A stretch of DNA of 24,000 nt, from positions 3,638 to 27,637 of the forward strand of contig DATKZI010000022.1 of assembly GCA_035528035.1 (NCBI GenBank). Reading direction: 5' to 3'. Position numbers and translations under genes: made by a program. Under the pieces are notes generated by a model, which was not told where the DNA came from, did no database searches, and saw only the letters and a list, made by a program, of their open reading frames with translations. This document shows, piece by piece, positions 1 through 7,410 of the stretch. Source of the stretch: Candidatus Bathyarchaeia archaeon (GTDB lineage: Archaea > Asgardarchaeota > Heimdallarchaeia > JABLTI01). Each line of letters opens with the position of its first letter. Position 1 is the stretch's first letter.

Positions 1-814
1 CTAACCCAGGATTAAGGGAAAGATAATTAGATAATGCACTATATCCAGCTGAATTTGCCTTAATATCCGAATTATCTTGTTTTGTATATTCAACCGTGTA
101 AGAAAGAGTTGTATTAGCTACTGTTGGAGTAAACTCACCACTAATGATTTTACAACCATACATATCTTGATCCATGCTAGTTGATATAACATCTCCTGAT
201 GGACTAAATTGATAATTTTCATATAATTTTTCCGAATTTATATAATGATAAGGTACAGGGAAATAACGAGAAAGTTCTCCTCCAAGATAAGTCATTTCCA
301 TTGATGTAACGGAAAATTCACCATCACCAGTAGAAGTACTATAACCTGGATAAGTAGTAGTTGAAAAATTCCTTTCCCAAGCATCCATAGTATAAGTATC
401 ATAAGCTTCCATACGCCAATAATATTGATTATTGGAATCATAAGGTGAAACACGATACAAAATAATATCTTGACTTTCTTCAGGTATACCTTCTGTAAAA
501 AGATCCATAAAATCATCACTATCGTTATTTAAGCTCGGATCAAGATTTTGACTGGGAGCATCTCCTAGACCTGGAAAGGGCCAATTATCATCGTATTCCT
601 TATTGATTATATCATCAATGCGTTCATGACGTACATTAAAAGCTTCAAAAAGTACCGGGGTCATAATTATAGCAATCAAAAACAATGAAGGAAGAATTAT
701 TTTTGATAAATTCTCTCGAGAGAAAATCTTTCTCTTACCTTTTGCTGATTGTTCTCTAACTTTCTTAGAAGCTATATCAGACTGAGGTTTTCGATTGCCT
801 TGTGACAAATACAT
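1..814 (-). CDS. Partial CDS (first 271 codons; continues past the left edge): N-terminally membrane-anchored extracytoplasmic protein, possibly the region preceding a transglutaminase-like core
   Basis: Absent from the ORF track because no stop lies inside the window. I checked the minus-strand frame triplet by triplet. ATG at 814 follows an in-frame TAA at 821-823, and 271 sense codons then run to base 2 without a stop, despite the AT-rich sequence. Protein: MYLSQGNRKPQSDIASKKVREQSAKGKRKIFSRENLSKIILPSLFLIAIIMTPVLFEAF... (basic tail plus one TM helix), then ...ILYRVSPYDSNNQYYWRMEAYDTYTMDAWE. The family assignment is weak recall only. Confidence 0.7.
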   Translation of the reverse strand, partial: MYLSQGNRKPQSDIASKKVREQSAKGKRKIFSRENLSKIILPSLFLIAIIMTPVLFEAFNVRHERIDDIINKEYDDNWPFPGLGDAPSQNLDPSLNNDSDDFMDLFTEGIPEESQDIILYRVSPYDSNNQYYWRMEAYDTYTMDAWERNFSTTTYPGYSTSTGDGEFSVTSMEMTYLGGELSRYFPVPYHYINSEKLYENYQFSPSGDVISTSMDQDMYGCKIISGEFTPTVANTTLSYTVEYTKQDNSDIKANSAGYSALSNYLSLNPGL

Positions 815-874
815 CACCAATTAGTATTATAAAATATCACATTTTAATATATCAATATACTCTTTGTAACAAAT

Positions 875-1387
875 TTAACCAATATCTTTTATTATAAGTT
901 CTATCATTTTTGTAAGTTGTTCAGGGGAATTATTCGTCGTATCGATTTCTGTAATAAGATTTGGAGGCAAATTTTCTTGGAGTTTTATAAGACATTCATC
1001 CATAATTTCAGCTTGTACGTTCTCTTCAATTTTGTGTGAAGGATAATCTCGAGATGATTGTAAACGAAGACGAAGAATATGAGGATTACAACGTAGAATA
1101 ATTGCATGTTTAATAAATTCTTTTGGAACGATTTCAGCCGTATGACCTTCAATAATTAACAAATGATTCAAACGGATAATTTCATCTGTAAGATAAGAAA
1201 TAAGAAATTCTTCATCAATTATAACACTCTCTCGAGAATGGTCATAACCATAATAAAATCCATTTTTAAGAACTAATTCATTTATATTTAAAACAGTATA
1301 TCCTTTACTCTCGAGTAATTTACTTATTGTAGTTTTGCCAACTCCAGGGGTACCAGAAAGGATAAGCACTCGAGATAAACTAGACAT
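875..1387 (-). CDS. Fap7/AK6-type nucleoside kinase (small-subunit ribosome maturation factor homolog)
   Basis: P-loop LILSGTPGVGKTTISKLL, EGH motif, ILRCNPHILRLRL...KIEENVQAEI...EIDTT. The layout is collinear with archaeal Fap7 / human AK6 as I recall them, and the size (170 aa) fits. Confidence 0.85.
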   Translation of the reverse strand: MSSLSRVLILSGTPGVGKTTISKLLESKGYTVLNINELVLKNGFYYGYDHSRESVIIDEEFLISYLTDEIIRLNHLLIIEGHTAEIVPKEFIKHAIILRCNPHILRLRLQSSRDYPSHKIEENVQAEIMDECLIKLQENLPPNLITEIDTTNNSPEQLTKMIELIIKDIG

Positions 1388-1456
1388 AAGGACAACCAGT
1401 AAAAGCTATAATGCGTACTGCTTTAGAATTCTTTGGTAAAAAGGAAAAAAAGAAGG

Positions 1457-1810
1457 TTAGGAACCAAGCTCAATTGACAAGAGATCATCACTGTTTTCAA
1501 TCACTTGTACTGCTTCAGATGGAGCAACAACAGTATATTGAGATTCATTAGCTAATGATGATTTTTTGAAAAATTTCTTTGATTCCGGTAATCCTCGATT
1601 CCATTTAAAGAATTCAAGTCCTATGAAATTATCAAAATCGATTACTAACATAGTTTGTTTAATTAATTCTGCTTCTTCTTCAGGAGTCAATCCATTTTCC
1701 AATATGAGGACCCTGTTTTGTCTAACTAATCGAATGATCATTTTGATTTTTTCAAAAGTGGTAAGCTTATTAGTAACATTCTTGGTAATAAAATCAATAT
1801 AGTACTTCAT
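1457..1810 (-). CDS. DUF2073-like small archaeal protein (uncharacterized partner of the upstream GTPase)
   Basis: 117 aa with ...VLILENGLTPEEEAELIKQTMLVIDFDNFIGLEF..., which matches my recollection of the DUF2073 signature (GLTPEEE..LI..TM..ID..F.GIE). It starts 10 nt after the GTPase stop and has GGTGAG 4 nt upstream of its ATG, so it is likely co-transcribed. Confidence 0.65.
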   Translation of the reverse strand: MKYYIDFITKNVTNKLTTFEKIKMIIRLVRQNRVLILENGLTPEEEAELIKQTMLVIDFDNFIGLEFFKWNRGLPESKKFFKKSSLANESQYTVVAPSEAVQVIENSDDLLSIELGS

Positions 1811-1820
1811 TTATCTCACC

Positions 1821-2429
1821 TCAAGAATTCGCTATAATAGCATCATATAATGCTTCAATATTATCCCCTGTTTTAGCAGAGACTGAAACAATAGTTTGAT
1901 CACTAAATGTTTGTCGAACTAACTCAGGTCGTGAATCAGGCAAATCAATTTTATTAGCAATAATTATTATTGGAATTTTTTGCAATTGTAAATTACCAAT
2001 AATAGTTAAATTAACTTGTTCAAAGGGTGTTTTAGTTGAATCAAGAATAACTAAAGCTACATCAACCTGATCAATCATTTTAATTGCCTCAAGGATCCCT
2101 TTAGTAGCCTCTTTTGCTCGTTGGATAGCTTCAGCTTCAGTAAGACCAAATTTAACAAAATTGCGATAATCAACAGTTGAAGCAATTCCAGGCATATCCA
2201 TTAATGTAAAATTTAATTCATAGCCATCACGTTTAAGGTTAGCATTTTCAAGCTTGATAACTTTACGGGTTTCATGAGGAATTTCAGAAACAGGTCCTAA
2301 ATCATCATAACCAAGATCATTAGCTATTCGATTTGCTAATGTAGTTTTACCGGCATTGACTTCACCATAGAAAGCAAGCCTAATATTTTTCTTCTTCTTC
2401 CGAGAAATGATTTTGGAAATCCAACTCAT
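1821..2429 (-). CDS. TRAFAC-class small GTPase (Era/EngB/HSR1-like)
   Basis: G1 GEVNAGKT, G3 DMPG, G4 NKID, G5 SAK. GGAGG lies about 14 nt upstream of the ATG, and a TATA-like TATATTTAAT sits just beyond it. Confidence 0.85.
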   Translation of the reverse strand: MSWISKIISRKKKKNIRLAFYGEVNAGKTTLANRIANDLGYDDLGPVSEIPHETRKVIKLENANLKRDGYELNFTLMDMPGIASTVDYRNFVKFGLTEAEAIQRAKEATKGILEAIKMIDQVDVALVILDSTKTPFEQVNLTIIGNLQLQKIPIIIIANKIDLPDSRPELVRQTFSDQTIVSVSAKTGDNIEALYDAIIANS

Positions 2430-2539
2430 AACTCACAACAATCCTCCATTAAATATAGATAAAATAAGAGCAGAAGTAAAAATAAGGAGTATTATTATCT
2501 ACATATTTCCCTAATAAGATTAGTAATCTAAATTCATAT

Positions 2540-2875
2540 ATTCACAAAAAAAATGTATACATATGAACACTGTATACACATTAAAACAAGAAATACATGT
2601 AATTTTGTGAATTAATCAGATAATTATTTTAAAAAAATAGGTTAATTTAGATAAAAAATTTATTTTATTTATAAATAGAAGGTAAAATATAGTCTGTTTT
2701 TAATATTAATTTTAAAACATATTCTATTCACAAAGTATAGTTCTATTTTTGTGAAATAAGAGTAAAATAGCACAATATTTGTGAATAAAGAAGGATTTTA
2801 AGACCTTATTTTTAAAAAATAAGGATTTTATTCAAATATTTTGTGAATTCACAACTTTTCTGTGAATATGTGAAT
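2540..2875. repeat. Cluster of TGTGAAT/ATTCACA heptamers (8 exact copies plus variants); candidate protein-binding array
   Basis: Exact copies at 2540-2546(-), 2606-2612(+), 2726-2732(-), 2780-2786(+), 2842-2848(+), 2847-2853(-), 2861-2867(+) and 2869-2875(+). Copies 2842-2848 and 2847-2853 together form the palindrome TGTGAATTCACA. One variant, TGTGAAA, lies at 2750-2756. Most copies extend to TTTGTGAAT. Two TGTATACA palindromes sit at 2554-2561 and 2571-2578. Confidence 0.6.
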
Positions 2876-2905
2876 AAAAAGACGATTTTAGAAGTTTATA
2901 ATGAT

Positions 2906-2926
2906 ATTCCAGTAGAAATAAAGGGG
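2906..2926 (+). repeat. ORB-like box 1
   Basis: ATTCCAGTAGAAATAAAGGGG. It matches box 3 at 19 of 21 positions and resembles the archaeal ORB consensus (TTCCAGTGGAAAC..GGGG) including the G-string. Confidence 0.65.
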
Positions 2927-3055
2927 TTTTTAAAAATGAAATTAACATTTTGTTAAAAAATACACTAGTTTTTATGTCAGTTTTATTATCTAATATTTTT
3001 TTAGATCACCTGTTCACAACTATACACAATATTGTATTTTAAGAAATGACTAACT

Positions 3056-3076
3056 CCCCTCTATTTCCAATGGAGA
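3056..3076 (-). repeat. ORB-like box 2 (inverted)
   Basis: The reverse complement reads TCTCCATTGGAAATAGAGGGG. This is close to the Aeropyrum-type ORB CTCCACAGGAAACGGAGGGGT as I recall it. Confidence 0.65.
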
Positions 3077-3211
3077 TGCTATGTTCATGTAACGTGTAAA
3101 CTCTTAGAATAATAATAATAATAAAAACTCTTGTTTGGTACTTAAGATACTATCTAATATATTAATATTTTGTCTATTTAAATAACAAATTTATAAAGTA
3201 AAAAAGTTAAT

Positions 3212-3232
3212 ATTCCAATAGAAATAAACGGG
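3212..3232 (+). repeat. ORB-like box 3
   Basis: ATTCCAATAGAAATAAACGGG. Its flanks also resemble those of box 1 (..AGTT..AAT upstream, ..GAA(A)TTAA.. downstream). Confidence 0.65.
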
Positions 3233-3358
3233 TCTTATATAGAATTAATTCAATCCCAGGATTAAATGAAAAAAAGCAATCAATAAGATCACAAAAAAGT
3301 AGGTTTTAAAATATTATCTGTATAATATCTAGATAATAAAATCAAATTTATATTAACT

Positions 3359-3379
3359 TACCTATATTTCTATTGGAGA
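3359..3379 (-). repeat. ORB-like box 4 (inverted, degenerate G-string)
   Basis: The reverse complement reads TCTCCAATAGAAATATAGGTA. It shares the exact 13-mer TCCAATAGAAATA with box 3 (3214-3226 vs 3365-3377). It overlaps the TTG at 3373 that opens the downstream ORF. Confidence 0.5.
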
Positions 3380-3414
3380 TAAAACAGTTGAGCAAAAGAA
3401 AAGTTAAGGTTGAA

Positions 3415-3825
3415 ATGAGTGATGACCAAGATAATAAAATCACAATTACTTTTGAAGGTAAATTAGATGAAAAAAGCCTCAAAACCTTAATTCTATCAGC
3501 TAATAATATTTTAGGAAAAGAAGTAGCAACGTTAGGAGATAGCCCTGATGTTTCAGTTGAAGAAGCGTTAGATATGTCCTTAATAGAAAGAGTAAAATTA
3601 CTTATATCAACAGCACATGGAATGGGATCTTGGTTTACAACAAATGATTTATGTGACTCATATCATGATGTATTTTCAGCTATACTAAAAATCACTACAG
3701 CAAGCACATATTTGGCAAGATTATCTGATGAAGGATTCTTGGAGCGAAGTGGGTCCAGGAATGAAAGAAAATTCCAGATTGTTCGAGAATATCGTGAAAA
3801 ATTACCTAAAATAATTACTCAGTAA
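3415..3825 (+). CDS. Small protein with a C-terminal winged-helix-like domain, function unknown
   Basis: The ORF track starts it at TTG 3373. I prefer the in-frame ATG at 3415, which is preceded by AAGGTTGA (MSDDQDNKITITFEG...). The C-terminus ...ITTASTYLARLSDEGFLERSGSRNERKFQIV looks like a wH recognition helix plus wing. Confidence 0.6.
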   Translation: MSDDQDNKITITFEGKLDEKSLKTLILSANNILGKEVATLGDSPDVSVEEALDMSLIERVKLLISTAHGMGSWFTTNDLCDSYHDVFSAILKITTASTYLARLSDEGFLERSGSRNERKFQIVREYREKLPKIITQ

Positions 3826-4135
3826 AATATTCAAAAGAAGCAATATCCTGAGCAATTGAAATTTCATTTTTAAATAATTCACCTAATAATTGGAAAATTT
3901 CTTTGCCAAGATCAGAAAGAAATACTATACCAGGAGCATTACCTATTAAACCTGATTTACTAAATTCTTGGAGATATCTCGAGATAGTTATATTAGAAAA
4001 ACGGGTCCAGTTGATTAATTCATTACGTGTGCAAAAATCATTATTCGAGATTAAAGTAAAAATAAGACGAGCACTATACGTACTAAAACAATTTCGAGTA
4101 ATATTTCCTAGTATTAAATCTTGAATCATGATCAT
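3815..4135 (-). CDS. Small winged-helix-turn-helix DNA-binding protein
   Basis: 106 aa. ...CTRNELINWTRFSNITISRYLQEFSKSGLIGNAPGIVFLSDLGKEIF... is a typical ArsR/MarR-like wHTH pattern. Its 3' end overlaps the convergent gene 3415-3825 by 11 nt. Confidence 0.6.
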   Translation of the reverse strand: MIMIQDLILGNITRNCFSTYSARLIFTLISNNDFCTRNELINWTRFSNITISRYLQEFSKSGLIGNAPGIVFLSDLGKEIFQLLGELFKNEISIAQDIASFEYFTE

Positions 4136-4180
4136 CTAAAAATTAATTCAAATTAAGAGATAAAAACACAACAAAAGAAA

Positions 4181-5788
4181 TCAAAAAACACTATTTAGAA
4201 TAAATTTGATTTTATCAAAATTCTTTTGTGAAACAGAAAAATTATAGGCTTTTATTTTCTCTTTATCAAAAGTGAAAAATGATTGATTTTGTAAAATGGT
4301 TAAAAATTCAGCTAATTCACCAAGAAAGATAATTTCTTTAAATTTTAACTTAGTAATGAAATCTAAAGTACTGTGAATTATATTCATTAGTTGATTTTCA
4401 GGTAATGTAGTAACTGAAACACTTTGACTTAAAGGATAGACATCACTGATTTCAAGAGGAATTATTCCAAAATAATCATTTAAAATCCAAAATTCATAAT
4501 TCCGATTTAATTTATCATTACTTTTCATTATATTTTTTAAATTTGTAAAAAGGTCATAAAGTTCAGTAATATCCTTATTTAAAATTGATAAAACAATAAG
4601 CTTCTTTCTCTTGTTTAATTTTAATTCGGATAAACGCTTTTTGTGCAAAAGTACTTCGGGCTTTTCAAGATCAGAATCTGAAACAAAAAATAATCCTTTC
4701 TTTTTAGTGGAAGAACTATTGGGAAGAAGTAAACTCGAGTGTTTTATCAAAACATTGAATCCTTTTCGTAAATTAGGATGGACTCTTGATCTACTCTCGA
4801 GAAGATTCCATAAAGTGCCGGAAGAAATGGCTCTTCTAATATTCATAATTTCTGTTTGACAGACATATAAATTATGGGTTGCTAAAAGTTTAACTCGTTC
4901 ATTTTTCTTTAATCCCTTCATTTCAGTTGGTGAAATGGTAGAACAAATAGGACAATTACATGGGAATTCATCTAATTCATCCAAAAGAAATGTTTGGGTG
5001 TTGGTCAGATATCTATTCTCTTGAGCATAAAGTGCATAAGCAGCGGAATCAAATGAATCACAACCTGCTGCAACAATGAAAGGAAAGATAGAAGGATGGC
5101 CTGCACCAAATAAATGAACTGGTTTTTTAGGATCTAAATATTGTTTAGCAGTTAAAATTATCTCGAGTAAGGTATCATACATATAATTGTTCATGATTTC
5201 TACAACACTACCAATAGCAAACATATCAAAAATTTCTATGTGGCCAAGTTCTTGGGCTGATTTTTTCACAAGATCAATAAACTTACCACCTTGAATAGGT
5301 GCAACCCATTTTGTATTAGTATTAGATATTAAAGATGAAATATCTCGAGACCGTTCAATAGTTTTCTCAACTTTCATTTTAGCTTCAGCATAGGAATCAT
5401 TAATCGAAATGGGAATATCTAAAGGAACACCAAAATCAGAACCAATGAACTCTTGAAACTCAATAACATTCTTGGGTGTCAATTCAATTTCCCCATAAAG
5501 AAGAGATTGATAAGCACCAGAATCAGTCATAATAGGACCAGGAAAACTAGTTAGATCATGCAAATTAGTAATTTTATTTTCAAAACGTTTTCTCAAAATA
5601 TAGGAACTTGTAATAATGAAATCAACCAAATATTTATCTTGAAAAGTTTGAACATCAATAAAATTTTTAGAAGGTTCGGGGTGAACTACTGGAACAAAAC
5701 AAGGAGTCCTAATATCACCTTTAGCTGTATGAATAATACCCTTACGTGCTAATAGGTCGGTATTAGTAATTTCAAACAAGTATTTCAC
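4181..5788 (-). CDS. tgtA: Archaeosine tRNA-guanine transglycosylase (ArcTGT)
   Basis: N-terminus FEITNTDLLARKGIIHTAKGDIRTPCFVPVV, catalytic IMTDSGAYQ, and Zn site CNCPIC...(22 aa)...H (ATHNLY). GTG start. At 535 aa it is shorter than full-length PUA-bearing ArcTGTs, and I cannot recognise a PUA domain by eye. Confidence 0.9.
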   Translation of the reverse strand: MKYLFEITNTDLLARKGIIHTAKGDIRTPCFVPVVHPEPSKNFIDVQTFQDKYLVDFIITSSYILRKRFENKITNLHDLTSFPGPIMTDSGAYQSLLYGEIELTPKNVIEFQEFIGSDFGVPLDIPISINDSYAEAKMKVEKTIERSRDISSLISNTNTKWVAPIQGGKFIDLVKKSAQELGHIEIFDMFAIGSVVEIMNNYMYDTLLEIILTAKQYLDPKKPVHLFGAGHPSIFPFIVAAGCDSFDSAAYALYAQENRYLTNTQTFLLDELDEFPCNCPICSTISPTEMKGLKKNERVKLLATHNLYVCQTEIMNIRRAISSGTLWNLLESRSRVHPNLRKGFNVLIKHSSLLLPNSSSTKKKGLFFVSDSDLEKPEVLLHKKRLSELKLNKRKKLIVLSILNKDITELYDLFTNLKNIMKSNDKLNRNYEFWILNDYFGIIPLEISDVYPLSQSVSVTTLPENQLMNIIHSTLDFITKLKFKEIIFLGELAEFLTILQNQSFFTFDKEKIKAYNFSVSQKNFDKIKFILNSVF

Positions 5789-5824
5789 CAGAGATGAAAA
5801 TAGTTAGGAAGAAGATGGATAAAA

Positions 5825-6274
5825 TTAATCCTTCTTTTCTTCTTCATTTAATGATTCCATAAATTGTTCAAAGACAGCTCTAACTCTTTCAGCAACAGGA
5901 CCTGTGCCATCAACGCCAGATTCGGATACTTTAACTTTATTCAAAACCTGAATGATACGAGCATCATCAAAAACTTTTACATCAGCATCTAAGAGATTTA
6001 ATCGATTACGTAAAACTGTTGCTAAAGCATGTAAATCAAAAGGTTGTTCATTAATTAAAATTTCAGCAATAATCGGTCCTCTAAGAAAAACTTGAAAATA
6101 ATTATTTTTTCCTTCATTTACATTAGTTAAACATAAATCAAAAGTATCAGGATTCCAAGCTCTAAGCATACCATTAAAGGTTTTTCCTGTAGTAGAGACT
6201 ACAGTAATATATTTGCCGTTCAAATCAGCAAGTTCTTTATTGAAAATCCATTTTGGGGTAGTGGTTGTAGACAA
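5825..6274 (-). CDS. Augmented Sm-like (LSm) protein: Sm fold plus a C-terminal extension of about 75 aa
   Basis: Sm1-like LADLNGKYITVVSTTGKTFNGMLRAWNPDTFDLCLTNVNE and Sm2-like VFLRGPIIAEILI, followed by an extra domain and an acidic tail. TTG start with GGAG about 11 nt upstream. Confidence 0.6.
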   Translation of the reverse strand: MSTTTTPKWIFNKELADLNGKYITVVSTTGKTFNGMLRAWNPDTFDLCLTNVNEGKNNYFQVFLRGPIIAEILINEQPFDLHALATVLRNRLNLLDADVKVFDDARIIQVLNKVKVSESGVDGTGPVAERVRAVFEQFMESLNEEEKKD

Positions 6275-6391
6275 CTGGTTTATCTCCTTCCATATTTTCT
6301 AATAGGATGGAAATTTTATGAGGTTAAAAAAAATTCGATTGCTTCCTTTTTGACCAAATAAAGGAGACAATCGCTCATAAACGCTCTTTTT

Positions 6392-7153
6392 TTAAAATAA
6401 ATAATCGGAATCAGTTTTTTGAGGGTTCTGTGAGATAATTCTTTGACCACATTTAGGGCAGGAATTCCAACTTAGATCAATATCAAAACCACAACGTTTG
6501 CAAAAATGTTGATTCATTTCACGTGGTTCAGGACGATAACCTTTAGATTCAAATTGGTCCTCTCGAGAGAGTTCACGCTCAGAATACTCATTTCTGTTAA
6601 AGAAGGAATTCTCAAAATAATCCTCATTGGATTCATCCTTGAAATCAGGTTCATCAAAAAGGCCTCTAACTTCTTCTTGAGGAGGTTCATCAAATAAACC
6701 TCTTGAGTTGGAAACATTGCCTTCAAAAAGATCATGGTTATTAGGTTTAATAAAGTCTCGAGATTGTTCATCTCGAGGAGAATCTCTCCTCAAATCCTGA
6801 TAATTATCACGAAAGTCCTCTTGATAGTCAAAATTATCTCGAGAAGAAACAGATGGTGAATCATAATTGGTTGGTTTATCATAGACTCTTTCTTGATTCA
6901 TAGGTTGAGATTTTTGTAATTTGAGAAACTCAACTAAAGCAACTCTTTTTTCGCAATTGCCAGCTAAAGGACATTTATTACCATCTAAATTCGAAACAGA
7001 GGAAATCTGTTCGCCATCAATAGAGAGACCATCCCTAGTAAGACGTATGCTAATACCATGACGACGCATGATATTAATTAAGTCATTAACAGAGAAAATT
7101 TGTCCATTAAGAACAAAAATACCATCAGGATTGTTATTATTGTTATTGATCAT
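6392..7153 (-). CDS. Acidic, largely disordered protein with a C-terminal zinc ribbon
   Basis: The track starts at 7195. I prefer the in-frame ATG at 7153 (MINNNNNNPDG...), preceded by GTGGTG about 6 nt upstream. The C-terminus is CKRCGFDIDLSWNSCPKCG (CxxC..CxxC). The middle is a D/E/R/S/N-rich low-complexity region with RGLFDEP occurring twice. Confidence 0.6.
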   Translation of the reverse strand: MINNNNNNPDGIFVLNGQIFSVNDLINIMRRHGISIRLTRDGLSIDGEQISSVSNLDGNKCPLAGNCEKRVALVEFLKLQKSQPMNQERVYDKPTNYDSPSVSSRDNFDYQEDFRDNYQDLRRDSPRDEQSRDFIKPNNHDLFEGNVSNSRGLFDEPPQEEVRGLFDEPDFKDESNEDYFENSFFNRNEYSERELSREDQFESKGYRPEPREMNQHFCKRCGFDIDLSWNSCPKCGQRIISQNPQKTDSDYLF

Positions 7154-7322
7154 GAGAGACACCACTACAAGAAAAGATAAACAAAATGAATACATAAAAA
7201 TGCGGTATTTCTAGATGTTATCGGAATATGGTCTCTAGTAATATAAAAAAAGTAATAATTTTGATTTCTTAACAAAACATTAAAAAGACCATTTTACTAG
7301 CAAAAATAGCAATGAATTCTTT

Positions 7323-7408
7323 GCGGGTGTAGCCCAGCGGTCAAAGGCGCAGGATTGAGGTTCCTGTCTCGCAGGAGTACGCGCGTTCAAATCGCGTCAC
7401 CCGCACCA
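7323..7408 (+). tRNA. tRNA-Leu (anticodon GAG), no intron, CCA encoded
   Basis: Hand-folded: GCGGGTG/CACCCGC acceptor, anticodon stem CAGGA/TCCTG with loop TTGAGGT, long variable arm TCTCGCAGGAGTAC, T arm GCGCG-TTCAAAT-CGCGT, then A-CCA. Confidence 0.9.
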
Positions 7409-7410
7409 AA

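Larger units (their letters stand above)
2890..3385. other. Candidate replication origin (oriC-like): four ORB-like boxes bracketing two AT-rich spacers
   Basis: See the four repeat features below. It lies in the largest non-coding stretch of the window (2430-3372). The boxes alternate in orientation at about 150-nt spacing, and each +/- pair encloses about 130 bp of almost pure A/T. Confidence 0.65.

Noticed and set aside
292-519. 75-aa track ORF on the minus strand
   Set aside because: It lies entirely inside, and out of frame with, the 271-codon open frame at 1-814. Its sequence is Ile/Leu/Val-rich low-complexity noise of the kind expected from AT-rich DNA.
5-3264. Shared 11-mer CCCAGGATTAA at 5-15 and 3254-3264
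   Set aside because: Dozens of shared 11-mer pairs are expected by chance in 24 kb. One copy is inside a coding region, and the flanks show no similarity.
2906-3379. Possibility that the four 21-nt repeats form a CRISPR array or a MITE
   Set aside because: The spacing is about 150 nt rather than 30-40 nt, and orientation alternates instead of being direct, so it is not CRISPR. There are no terminal inverted repeats with target-site duplications bounding a discrete unit, so it is not MITE-like. The ORB interpretation fits better.
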